Origin: an uncultured delta proteobacterium
GTDB taxonomy: Bacteria; Desulfobacterota; Binatia; Binatales; Binataceae
Direction of reading: 5' to 3'
NCBI GenBank assembly: GCA_963794325.1
Contig: CAWCDG010000003.1
Location: forward strand, 96,001 to 160,000
Length of the DNA stretch: 64,000 nucleotides
The notes under the pieces were generated by a model, which saw only the letters and a list, made by a program, of their open reading frames with translations, did not search any database and was not told the DNA's origin. A program made the position numbers and the translations under genes. Shown piece by piece: positions 1-9,241 of this stretch (its first letter is position 1; each line of letters opens with the position of its first letter).

Positions 1-2
1 CG

Positions 3-545
3 TTCAAGACGTGGAAGATAAAAAAGTTGCCGCCGGATTTGAAGGAACAACTCGATCGGATGCTTACCGAAGGCACGTTGCATAGCTGCCGGCAGCTCGC
101 CAAGTGGCTGGGAGACAATGGGTTCGAGATCTCGCACGCGGCGATTCACAAGTACGGGCAGAAGTTCGAGCGGCGGCTCGAGGCGGTCCGGATAGCGACG
201 GAACAGGCGCGAATCGTTTGCGAAGAATTCAAGGACGATGACGAGCGGATGCAGAGTGCGCTGATGAGGCTGGTGCAGACGCGGTTGTTTGAAGTGCTGT
301 CGGCTACCAGCGAATCGGAGCCGAAGAGTGAGAATGATGAAGGGACGAGGGTCGCGCCGGTGAATGTCACGGCGCTGGCACGCAGCGTGTCGGGACTGGC
401 AAGGGCCGAAACCGAGCATCGCAAATGGGCGGAGCGGGCGCGGGCGAATGTGGCGGAGGCGGAGAAGAAGGTGGATGAGGCGCGCAGTAAAGGATTGAGC
501 AAGGATGCGGCGGAGCAGATTAAGGCAGTGTTGTTGGAGATTTAG
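3..545 (+). CDS. Mu gp27-like protein (DUF3486 family, putative small terminase); 5' end lies outside the window
   Basis: Frame is open from the window edge (FKTWKIKKLPPDLKEQLD). ISHAAIHKYG motif and position directly upstream of a Mu gp28-type terminase match DUF3486. Confidence 0.8.
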   Translation, partial: FKTWKIKKLPPDLKEQLDRMLTEGTLHSCRQLAKWLGDNGFEISHAAIHKYGQKFERRLEAVRIATEQARIVCEEFKDDDERMQSALMRLVQTRLFEVLSATSESEPKSENDEGTRVAPVNVTALARSVSGLARAETEHRKWAERARANVAEAEKKVDEARSKGLSKDAAEQIKAVLLEI

Positions 546-583
546 GGGGATGCCATCAGAGTCGCGAGCGATGGCCGCATTAA

Positions 584-820
584 TAACCTCCCCTTGTCCG
601 AGGGGAGGTCGGCGAAAGCCGCTTGAAAAGCGGTGTCGCCGGGAGGGGTGCAACGTGCGACACCCCACCAACGCCGACTCGTCTAATCTCAATGCAGAGA
701 AACTCGTTCGCTGTTCGACAGCAGCACAACGCGCATTGTTGCGACTGTCCAGCGTTGCACCACTCCCGTCGCTCACCTTCGGCTCGCGCCGACCTCTCCT
801 CGGACAAGGAGAGGTTAGGA
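584..820. mobile_element. MITE/REPIN-like element family B, copy 1 (~235 bp, 31-bp terminal inverted repeats)
   Basis: TAACCTCCCCTTGTCCGAGGGGAGGTCGGCG (584-614) is inverted at 787-817 with two compensatory changes. Near-identical copy at 2416-2651. Confidence 0.8.
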
Positions 821-851
821 ACGGACGGAGCAGCAACCAAAAACTAACTAA

Positions 852-2375
852 ATGAACGAACCACTCTCAATACTACTTCCCTATCAACGGCGATGGCTCG
901 CCGATCAATCGCAAGTCAAAGTCAGCGAGAAATCGCGGCGGATCGGGATCACCTGGACCGAGGCTGCTGACCGCGCCCTGGGCGCCGCTACCAGCGGACG
1001 CGCCGGACTCGACGGATGGTATATCGGGTACAACAAGGACATGGCGCTCGAGTTTATCGAGGCCGCCGCGCGATGGGCGCGACGCTTCAACCGGGCCGCC
1101 GAAACTATCGAGGAGCTTGTCCTCGACGACGAGCGCAGCGCTATCCTCGCGTACCGAATCCGGTTCGCATCAGGGCACAAAATCGTTGCGCTGTCGTCGC
1201 GGCCTTCAAATCTCCGCGGCAAGGACGGATGCGCGGTGATCGACGAAGCCGCGTTCCATGAAGACCTGCCCGGACTGCTGAAAGCGGCGCTCGCATTCAC
1301 GATGTGGGGCGGATTGGTGCGGATAATCAGTACTCACAACGGCGCGCATAATGCCTTCAATGAACTAGTCAGTGAGATTCGGGCGGGCCGGAGGCCATAC
1401 TCACTCCATCGTACGACATTCGACGAGGCGCTGGCCGACGGCCTATACAAAAAAATCTGCGAGCAGACCGAAACCGAGTGGAGCGAAGAGAAGCAGCGCG
1501 AATGGCGTCAGCAGATTGTCGATTACTACGGCGACAACGTCGGCGAAGAACTTTTCTGTATCCCGCGCGCGTCGTCGGGCGCGTACCTGAGCTCGGTTCT
1601 GATCGAAGCGCGAATGAAAGCCGGAATTCCTATCCTGCGATGGGAGATGCCGGCGGAATTTTCAGGGCGTCCGGAGGCGGATCGATACGCGGAGACCCAG
1701 GCGTGGTGCGAGGACAATATCGCACCGGCTCTCATCGCACTCGATCCGGCGCGCGCGAGTTTCTTCGGCGAAGACTTCGGCCGTTCCGGAGACCTGACGG
1801 TAATCTGGCCGCTCCAAATCGATAAGGACCTGACCCGGCGGACCCCATTCGTAGTCGAGCTGCGCAATATCCCGTTTCGAAATCAGGAGCAGGTGCTCTT
1901 TTATATTATCGACCGCCTGCCGCGCTTCACGACCGGAGCGATGGACGCGCGCGGCAACGGACAATATCTCGCCGAGACCGCGGCGCAGCGTTACGGCGCG
2001 CGAATCGCGCAGGTGATGCTGTCGGAGGCGTGGTACCGCGAAAATATGCCGCGCTACAAGGCGGCGTTCGAGGATGGCACGATCGAGATTCCAAAGGACG
2101 CCGATGTTTTGTCGGACCATCGCGCGATCACGCTCGAGAACGGCGTCGCAAAAATTTCAGATCGCCGCGCCGTCATCGACGGCAAGGGCCGCCACGGCGA
2201 CTCGGCGATGGCCGCGGCGCTGGCTTTCTACGCCTCGCGCGCAGAGGTGGGAGCTATCGCGTACACCGCAGTGAGGAAAGCAGAGACGAGAAACATATAC
2301 GACGGCGCCGGGAATCCGTTTGGGGCGGCGCCGGTCGATGATGAGATGGCAGGTGGGAGGGTGAGGGGATTTTGA
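852..2375 (+). CDS. Mu gp28-like terminase large subunit
   Basis: LLPYQ motif, Walker A KSRRIGITW, Walker B IDEAAF, nuclease motifs GEDFGRSGD and HGD. Confidence 0.93.
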   Translation: MNEPLSILLPYQRRWLADQSQVKVSEKSRRIGITWTEAADRALGAATSGRAGLDGWYIGYNKDMALEFIEAAARWARRFNRAAETIEELVLDDERSAILAYRIRFASGHKIVALSSRPSNLRGKDGCAVIDEAAFHEDLPGLLKAALAFTMWGGLVRIISTHNGAHNAFNELVSEIRAGRRPYSLHRTTFDEALADGLYKKICEQTETEWSEEKQREWRQQIVDYYGDNVGEELFCIPRASSGAYLSSVLIEARMKAGIPILRWEMPAEFSGRPEADRYAETQAWCEDNIAPALIALDPARASFFGEDFGRSGDLTVIWPLQIDKDLTRRTPFVVELRNIPFRNQEQVLFYIIDRLPRFTTGAMDARGNGQYLAETAAQRYGARIAQVMLSEAWYRENMPRYKAAFEDGTIEIPKDADVLSDHRAITLENGVAKISDRRAVIDGKGRHGDSAMAAALAFYASRAEVGAIAYTAVRKAETRNIYDGAGNPFGAAPVDDEMAGGRVRGF

Positions 2376-2415
2376 GGGACTTTATTGAATGTGAAACACA
2401 ATTGGGACTTCCGAT

Positions 2416-2651
2416 TCCTAACCTCCCCTTGTCCGAGGGGAGGTCGGCGAAAGCCGCGCAGCGGTGTCGCCGGGAGAGGTGCAAAGTGCGACACCCCACC
2501 AACGCCGACTCGTCTAATCTGAATGCAGAGAAACTGGTTCGCTGCTCGACGGCAGCACAACGGGCATTGTTGCGACAGTCCCACCTTGCACCCCACCCGT
2601 CGCACTCCTTCGGCGTGCGCCGACCTCCCCTCGGACAAGGGGAGGTTAGGA
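2416..2651. mobile_element. MITE/REPIN-like element family B, copy 2
   Basis: Inverted repeats TCCTAACCTCCCCTTGTCCGAGGGGAGGTCGGCG at 2416-2449 and 2618-2651; core closely matches copy 1. Confidence 0.8.
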
Positions 2652-2841
2652 TCGGTCCGGATGAAATGCGTAGATGAATAGCTACTGGAGATGGAAGTGC
2701 GAAGAGTGCGGGTACGAGTTCTTGCTCGCGCTCATCCGATTGCCACGACCGTGCCATCGATGCGGCGGCGAATGGTTTCTAAAGATTGGCGAGGCGGCGA
2801 CAAAAGAGTATCGAACTGACTAGTCCGCTTGGAGTAATTCA

Positions 2842-4227
2842 ATGACACTCTATGATGCTTATGGACGCGAAGTAGATACCGGCATGTTGCGCCAGGAGCA
2901 GGCGGCTCCGACGATGGCGGGCGTCCGAAATATATATTCCGTGATGCATCCGTCAATCGGACTGACGCCGGAGAACTTGTCGCGAATCTTGCGGGAGGCC
3001 GAGTTCGGGGATCCCTATCTGTATCTCGAACTCGCCGAGGAGATGGAGGAGAAGGACCTTCATTACCTCGCCGTACTCGGAACTCGCAAGAATGCGGTCG
3101 CGCAACTCGACGTGATCGTGCGGGCGGCGTCGAGTGGAGCAGAAGATCAACGCGCGGCGGCGATGGTGCGCGAGATGATCTGCGACGGCCCGATACAGCT
3201 CGACAGCGTCCTGTTCGACGTGCTCGACGCGGTGGGAAAGGGATTTTCGGCGACCGAGATAATGTGGAATACCACTGGGCGCCAATGGTTTCCCGCGCAA
3301 TTGAAATGGCGCGACCCGCGCTGGTTCGCGTTTGACTGGATATCCGGTGAGGAAATCCTGGTGCGCACCTTGAAAGGCGAAATGGTCCCGGTCGCCAACG
3401 GCAAATCGCCCGCCCGCCCGACCCATTTCGGCGGCGACGGAATACACTCGTCGATGAATCCCGGAATCGGGATGCAGCCGATGACCGCGCCTCTGACCCC
3501 ATACAAGTTCATCACGCATTTCGCCAAGGCCAAAGCGGGCCTGCCGATACGCGGAGGCCTCGCGCGCGCGGCCGGGTGGGCGTACCTGTTCAAGAACTAC
3601 GTACTAAAGGACTGGGTAACGTTCACTGAGGTATTCGGACAACCACTGAGGGTGGGCAAATACCATCCCGGCGCGTCGGAACAGGATAAACAGGCATTAC
3701 TCAATGCAGTATCGCGAATAGGCACTGATGCGGCGGCGATAATGCCGGAGTCGATGGTAATAGAGTTCACCGAGGCGCATCAGGATGGTAGTTCGGAATT
3801 GTATCAGAGATTTTGCGAATACTTAGATGCGCAGGTGAGTAAGGCAGTGCTCGGGCAGACACTTACTACTGAAATGCCTAATGGAGGAGGGTCGCGAGCC
3901 GCCGCGCAAGTACATGACGCGGTCCGTCGCGACATCCTGAATGCCGACGCGCGGCGATTGGCGGCGACGCTGGCGCGAGACCTGGTGCGTCCGATCGTCG
4001 AGCTGAATATGGGGCCGCAAAAACAATATCCGAGGATCGAGTTGGGGCTGCCGGATGACAGCGACGTGAAAGTGTTTGCGGAGGTTGTCGCGATGCTGGC
4101 GGATCGAGGGTTGAGAGTGGGGCAGAAGGCAGTGCTCGACAAGTTGGGGATCGCGCAGGCGGAGAAGGGGGAAGCGGTGCTCAGGGCGATTGGGGGGGAT
4201 GGGGGAAGGGGAGATCACTTGATTTGA
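2842..4227 (+). CDS. Mu gp29-like portal protein (DUF935 family)
   Basis: LAEEMEEKDLH, KDWVTFTEVFGQPLRVGKY and SKAVLGQTLTT are typical gp29 motifs. GGAG RBS. Confidence 0.92.
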   Translation: MTLYDAYGREVDTGMLRQEQAAPTMAGVRNIYSVMHPSIGLTPENLSRILREAEFGDPYLYLELAEEMEEKDLHYLAVLGTRKNAVAQLDVIVRAASSGAEDQRAAAMVREMICDGPIQLDSVLFDVLDAVGKGFSATEIMWNTTGRQWFPAQLKWRDPRWFAFDWISGEEILVRTLKGEMVPVANGKSPARPTHFGGDGIHSSMNPGIGMQPMTAPLTPYKFITHFAKAKAGLPIRGGLARAAGWAYLFKNYVLKDWVTFTEVFGQPLRVGKYHPGASEQDKQALLNAVSRIGTDAAAIMPESMVIEFTEAHQDGSSELYQRFCEYLDAQVSKAVLGQTLTTEMPNGGGSRAAAQVHDAVRRDILNADARRLAATLARDLVRPIVELNMGPQKQYPRIELGLPDDSDVKVFAEVVAMLADRGLRVGQKAVLDKLGIAQAEKGEAVLRAIGGDGGRGDHLI

Positions 4228-4316
4228 TGTGAAACCCTGCGCGGGTTTCACGCTTCCGCGGCAGGGGTGACCCCTGCACCCAGTGTTAAGAGAAGATGCG
4301 GGGCTTCGCCCCTGTT
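4224..4316 (+). repeat. Multi-hairpin repeat family A, copy 1
   Basis: TGTGAAACCC-N5-GGGTTTCAC, GCAGGGG-TGA-CCCCTGC-ACCC and GGGGC-TTC-GCCCC. Confidence 0.85.
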
Positions 4317-4385
4317 CGAAGTTGGGTGGGGGGAGTGTCTCGCGGCTGGCGACATTTGTCGCCAGTCGCTGGCGTGCGGGTGGGG

Positions 4386-5188
4386 TCAGGGTTTTGTGCC
4401 GGTTCGTTTTCTTTGGCGGCGGGCTCTGCGGCGGTGTTTCATCTCTAAGAAGATGTCGTCGTAGATGAGTTTTCGGATTGCGAAGCCGGAAGTGGGGAAG
4501 TGGACTGCAGAGTCGGTGGGGGAGCGGCGGTAGCGATAGAGCTGGATGCCGTTCCACCAGGTGGGCGAGTGGTTGCGCGGGGTGCGTAGATCAAGAATCA
4601 GTTTGAAGTTGGCGAGAGCGCGCGCGATGAGATTGTTGGCGGAGCGGGCGGCGCGCTTGTTGGTGTCGTCGATGATGACTACTGCGTCGTCGGCCAAGTG
4701 CTGGATGGCGAGGGCGAGACCGTCGTACTGATCGCGAAAGGAGTGGCCGCCGTCGTAGAAGTAGGCGCCGATGCGGGCGGGACGCCATGGCGCGGCGTCG
4801 AGGAAGTCGCGGAAATCCATGTCGTGGAAGGTGACTTGGCCCACTGCGGTGTGCTCGTCGAGGGTGCGGCGGAGCGCGTCGGCGGCGCCGTCGAACTGCG
4901 AAAAATTGTCGCATGCAACGATGCGCGCGTGCGGGTTGGAGGTCGCGGCGCCGACCAGGCTCGCCCCTTTATAGCATCCGACTTCAACGTAAACTTCGCC
5001 CTCGTCGAGCGATGCGACGGCGGAATTGAGCAGGCGCAGCTTGTTCTCGGTGGCCATCCCGGGAATTTCGTCGAGGATGTGGGAGAGCGAGCGATCGAAG
5101 CGGGATGGGTCGAGCGGGCGAGGCGTCGCGAGTCGGCAAATTCGGGCCATTGCGCGCGGCATCGCTCGAGGAAATCGTCAAACTTCAT
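4386..5188 (-). CDS. Class I SAM-dependent methyltransferase (Methyltransf_24-like); frameshift near 5100, probably an error
   Basis: YVEVGCYKGAS, YFYDGGHS and IIDD motifs. The ATG at 5188 (MKFDDFLERC) is in a different frame from the body. Confidence 0.75.
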
Positions 5189-5224
5189 ATTTTCAGGAAA
5201 GTGTTGCGAGCAGCCAGGTTAACC

Positions 5225-5725
5225 TTACCAATACATCCCGGGGCCCATCGGGCCGACGAGGCCCATGCCGTACGGATTGAACATCTCTTCCTGCTCCTCC
5301 ATATCCTGCATCTGGATGGCTTCGAGGTTCTCGCGGGAGAGCTCGCCCTCCTTGGCCTGGAACTGCTGGTTGAGTTTCAATTTTTCGTACTGCTGATAAT
5401 TTTCCTCGGTGCCGATGTACATGCATTTACAGAAATTCGGATCGGCCATGTAGTAGTGCAGGGTGCCGGTCTTGCCGACGTAGTAGTTGACGTCGAATGG
5501 AACCAGCGACGCGAGTTGCTGCTGGCGCTGGGGAGTGTCCGCGGGGAGCATCCGGAAGCCGGCCGCCGCGAGCATCGGCTCGACCTGCTCGGCCTGCTGC
5601 TCGGGGGTCGGCGGCTCCGGCGGTTTTATCGAACCGCATCCGGCGAGCGCGACGGAGAATGCGGTAAGCATTAGGATGAGGATGGTCGAGGCGGTCGGGC
5701 GTCGCGGTATCAGTTCGTTATTCAC
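5225..5725 (-). CDS. Hypothetical lipoprotein
   Basis: Lipobox LAGC; host-like codon usage. Confidence 0.7.
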   Translation of the reverse strand: MNNELIPRRPTASTILILMLTAFSVALAGCGSIKPPEPPTPEQQAEQVEPMLAAAGFRMLPADTPQRQQQLASLVPFDVNYYVGKTGTLHYYMADPNFCKCMYIGTEENYQQYEKLKLNQQFQAKEGELSRENLEAIQMQDMEEQEEMFNPYGMGLVGPMGPGMYW

Positions 5726-5760
5726 TTTTCGCTTTTCACTTTTTCAATCGAGCGATGCGG

Positions 5761-5792
5761 AGAAAAGAAAGGGCGGCCGTCGCGGGCCGCCC
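5761..5792 (-). terminator. Rho-independent terminator
   Basis: GGGCGGCC-N6-GGCCGCCC followed by TTTCTTTTCT on the minus strand, just after the 5806 stop. Confidence 0.7.
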
Positions 5793-5805
5793 CATCGGGC
5801 GTAAA

Positions 5806-6468
5806 TCAGGGGACGGAGTTGACTGGATTGCCAGTGGCGTCGAACAAGGTCAGCGCGCCGGCGCCGTCAGAGTTCAGCGTGAGCGAGGCGCGGGTCTTGC
5901 CGTCGGTGCCGATCAGGGCGAGGCCGGGGCGTCCGTCGGGCGTGAGATCCATGCCGATGCGGCCGCGGTGGTCGTCGCCCAGGCGCAAGGTCGGAGTGCC
6001 GTCGGTGGCGACGATGATCGAGGCGCGCGGATTGCCGGCTTTGTCCATCAGACCGATACCGGACTGGCCGTCGGGGGCGACGCCGAGGGTGGCCTGCGGG
6101 CTCGCATTCTCGTCGAACAGAACGACGCGGGCGACGCCGTGGGTGAGGCCGACTTCGATGCGCGGCTTGCCGTCGTGGCCATAGATGCCGAGCGCCGGGG
6201 CGCCGTCGGAGCCGACGCCGAGTCCGGCGCGGAGCGCGCCGGTCCCATCGAAGACCGCGAGTTGCGCGACGCCTTTGTTGGACACGTCGAACGCGCCTCG
6301 GGTCTTGCCGCGGGCGTCGACCAGCATGAATTTCTGCGCGGTGATCATTCGGGGCGCGTTGGCCGCGTCGACGGTGCGCGTGGCGAAGAAATGGCCGGAC
6401 ACGGCGCCTCCGATGAATGCGGCAGCAAGAGTCAGGGTGACAAACCCGATTCGCTCTTTGATGGTCAT
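5806..6468 (-). CDS. Exported or membrane-anchored beta-repeat protein (~8 x 22-23 aa LxLxDxxGxxRAxL units)
   Basis: N-terminal hydrophobic segment, visible tandem repeats, AAGGAG RBS. Confidence 0.8.
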   Translation of the reverse strand: MTIKERIGFVTLTLAAAFIGGAVSGHFFATRTVDAANAPRMITAQKFMLVDARGKTRGAFDVSNKGVAQLAVFDGTGALRAGLGVGSDGAPALGIYGHDGKPRIEVGLTHGVARVVLFDENASPQATLGVAPDGQSGIGLMDKAGNPRASIIVATDGTPTLRLGDDHRGRIGMDLTPDGRPGLALIGTDGKTRASLTLNSDGAGALTLFDATGNPVNSVP

Positions 6469-6587
6469 GGTCGCGGTCTCCTTTCCAGTGCCGAGGTTAG
6501 GGCAATTTTCGGGGTGAAGATTAGCAGTTGGAGGCGGAAAGGAAAAATCGGGAAAGTGGCGCGGCAGAGGTGGGCGAATTCACGTGA

Positions 6588-6705
6588 TTGAATGTGAAAT
6601 CAGCGGTGGGTTTCACGCTTCCTTCGGCAGGGGTGACCCCTGCACCCGGTGAATCGCGAAATGTCGAGGACGACCTTTCGCTCTCAGGTTCTTTTTTTCT
6701 GTGTC
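6588..6705 (+). repeat. Repeat family A, copy 2
   Basis: Hairpins H1 and H2 plus GCGAAATGTCG-AGGA-CGACCTTTCGC and CTCAGGTTC. Confidence 0.85.
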
Positions 6706-6785
6706 GTCTTGCGTATGGAAGTTTGGCCGCTCACTATCAGGCTTGAGAAAATCGCCTGCGTGATGCCTTGAAAGTGGGGCTGGAA

Positions 6786-7625
6786 ATGATTTCGAAAGTT
6801 CTCGGTGCGGTGTTGTTGGTTTTGTTCCTGGGCGTTCGAACGCTGAGCTTCGGGGCCGAGACGCGTCCATCGGTTGCGGATGTTTTGGGTCAGGTACAAG
6901 CCACCTATGACAATATGCAGAGCTACTCGTCAGTGGGTGATATAACGTCGAAGATCTCAATGCCTAGTTTGGGACCCGTCGAGGCGCATTACACTTTCTC
7001 GATCAAGCTCGCGCGGCCGAATCTCTATCGGGTCGAATGGGAGTCACGCGCGCCTAACATGGTCAGCAGCGGGGCGGCCTGGTCGGCCGGCGATGGAAAT
7101 TTCGTAACCGTGCCAGGGCAGGCGAGTCCGATGCGGCCGAAAGACATGTCGGCTGCGTTGCCAATGGCGACAGGAATTTCAGGTGGAGCTGCGGGAACCA
7201 TTCCTGAAATCTTCTTTGGCTTGGACAACAACCGCCTCAAGCCCGGCAAGGACGCCGCATTCAAACCGGACGCCGAGATTGAAAACGACCCATGCTACGC
7301 GATCGCAGAAAAAACCGGAGCGATGGGAGTGACCGTTTGGATCTCGAAGAAATCAAAGTTGCTCCGGCAGATAAGAGACGACTTCAGCGGTCCGATGAAA
7401 ATGCCGGAAATGACCGATGAGGAGACCAGGAAGGTCATTCAGTCGATGGGCCAGACGCCAACCGCTGAGGCGATCAAGAACATGAAAGAGCAGATGGTCA
7501 GTATGCGGGCAATGATGAGCTCGGGAATGTCGGGTTTCAGCATCCAGGTTCAGCGGCAAATCGTGGTGAACCCGACCTTGCATAAGGCCGATTTCACCCC
7601 GCATCCATCTCCCGCGAGCAAGTGA
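6786..7625 (+). CDS. Exported LolA-like / DUF2092-like protein
   Basis: Signal peptide; FSIKLARPNLYRVEW and VWISKKSKLLRQI resemble LolA-fold proteins. Confidence 0.65.
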   Translation: MISKVLGAVLLVLFLGVRTLSFGAETRPSVADVLGQVQATYDNMQSYSSVGDITSKISMPSLGPVEAHYTFSIKLARPNLYRVEWESRAPNMVSSGAAWSAGDGNFVTVPGQASPMRPKDMSAALPMATGISGGAAGTIPEIFFGLDNNRLKPGKDAAFKPDAEIENDPCYAIAEKTGAMGVTVWISKKSKLLRQIRDDFSGPMKMPEMTDEETRKVIQSMGQTPTAEAIKNMKEQMVSMRAMMSSGMSGFSIQVQRQIVVNPTLHKADFTPHPSPASK

Positions 7626-7682
7626 CGCTGGGTGCGGAGTTATGTTGCCCGAATTGAGATGTTGGGGGTGCGCGCGACTGAA

Positions 7683-7888
7683 TTGAATGTGAAACCCTTC
7701 GCGGGTTTCACGCTTCCGCGGCAGGGGTGACCCCTGCACCCAGTACTAATCGCGAAATGTCGAGGACGACCTTTCGCTCTCAGGTTCTAGGGAGGAGGCG
7801 GGTGGCCGAGGATTTACCTCGCCCGTTACTTTACGGGAGAGGCGCCCGGGCGCATCGCGACCGGTAGGTGAGGGTGCTGCGGTTCAAG
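7683..7888 (+). repeat. Repeat family A copy 3 plus an adjoining REP-like module; left arm of a long inverted repeat
   Basis: Reverse complement matches 9242-9318 and 9398-9510. Confidence 0.85.
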
Positions 7889-8009
7889 GCAACGGAGTAG
7901 GACGCTGATCTAGTTCTTTCCCGCGCTTTATCACGACCACTTGGCAGGTTGAGTCATATCCACGCGCCTCGCCTTCCTCGTCGCCGGAATCGGAAACACC
8001 GTGCAACAC

Positions 8010-8351
8010 TCATTCGGGCTCATTTGTGTCGATCTGAATGTCCAAAAACTGAATTATAAAGGGCGTTTGATATGCGGTCGGATGACGTGTCTGATCCAAG
8101 ACGCGGTCCACCAAATCACCCGTGTTTCTGACATAGCCGTAAGTTGAAACTTGCTTCGTTTCGTAGTCCTGCCAGCGGACAATTTGACCGGTGTAGCCAT
8201 CCGCCTTTCGGACGTGGTCTTCATAACAAGTACCTTTTACGTCAATGACTTCCAGCAACGTCGAATGGTGCTCCTTTTGGGACTTGTTGTCGCAGGCGCA
8301 GAGAGGAAGACAAACCAAGAACGCGAGCGTGGCCGCGAACCTACAGTTCAT
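8010..8351 (-). CDS. Orphan lipoprotein (lower GC)
   Basis: MNCRFAATLAFLVCLPLCAC lipobox-like start inside ORF 8010..8405. Confidence 0.55.
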   Translation of the reverse strand: MNCRFAATLAFLVCLPLCACDNKSQKEHHSTLLEVIDVKGTCYEDHVRKADGYTGQIVRWQDYETKQVSTYGYVRNTGDLVDRVLDQTRHPTAYQTPFIIQFLDIQIDTNEPE

Positions 8352-8382
8352 ATTCTTTTGCGGACAGGGCCAAGGTGGCAGA

Positions 8383-8703
8383 CTAGAAGTCCGCCTCCGT
8401 TTCACCGACTTGCCCTATTGTCTTTCCCGTCAGGTTGGAAAGGAACGCGAACAGTGGTTTTTGTAGGGCGATGTCTTTGACCCCGAAACTCAGCATTGTC
8501 TTGGCGCGGAAGGCACTTCCCGGATCGCTGCATCTTACCAAAACGCATTCCTCGTCGGGCATGGGTTCAAGCACTTCTCGTACGACAAGACTGACGTAGA
8601 CATTTGGATCGCCCGGTGTGCGGCGGTCGCACTCTATCGCAACCGCACTCCCTAATCTCGGAGGCCAGCAGATCTTCTCATGGTCTTTCAATAACTTCTT
8701 CAT
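8383..8703 (-). CDS. Hypothetical protein (lower GC)
   Basis: 106-aa ORF with a GGGGGA RBS before the ATG. Confidence 0.55.
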   Translation of the reverse strand: MKKLLKDHEKICWPPRLGSAVAIECDRRTPGDPNVYVSLVVREVLEPMPDEECVLVRCSDPGSAFRAKTMLSFGVKDIALQKPLFAFLSNLTGKTIGQVGETEADF

Positions 8704-9155
8704 TCGTCCCCCTAAAACGGAAAACTTCCCTCTAGATAACTACGCGGCGTCGCCTTACGGCGCAATCTGGCTTTCGATAACCGTCCACAGTCTGCTCGTT
8801 AATCTGCCAACCGGAAACGTGGCAGTCTCTGAAAGAAATGTGTCTTTTGTGTCTAAGCCTAATAAACCCGGCCGGATTCGAGGGCCCGCCGATCTGGGAA
8901 CCCCCTCGCTATTTCCTATCCGATACGGATGCGAGCCGATGCCGTTAGATGCGCCCCTGACTACCTTAGCAATCTGGTTCCTTCTATCGTTCGGCTACTG
9001 CTGCGCACCGAATTATTCGGCGTCGTATTGCACGCTGACGCGGCGGCACTGGCTCGGAACGTGGCCATTCTGAGACACGAATAATGTTGTCCCTCACCCG
9101 ACGCGCGCGGACGCGCGTCGGCGGGGCATCGCCATCGTGGGACGAGGCGAAGATA

Positions 9156-9194
9156 AGAGCCGGGATTCTTCGCTGCGCTCCGAAGGACACAAAG
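9156..9194. repeat. REP-like family D (CCGGGATTCTTCGCTGCGCTC..AATGACACAA)
   Basis: Further copies at 9357-9397 and inverted at 15014-15048. Confidence 0.7.
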
Positions 9195-9241
9195 AGGAGA
9201 GCCAACACGAAACCCTTACGGTCGACGTGCCATATATACAT

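Noticed and set aside
505-855. ORFs 505..855, 580..840, 2372..2677 and 2228..2638 as paralogous genes
   Set aside because: Their similarity comes from the family B repeat; starts and lengths are inconsistent.
8866-8905. tRNA remnant or att site (CCCGGCCGGATTCGA)
   Set aside because: Only a short T-arm-like match; no cloverleaf or CCA end.
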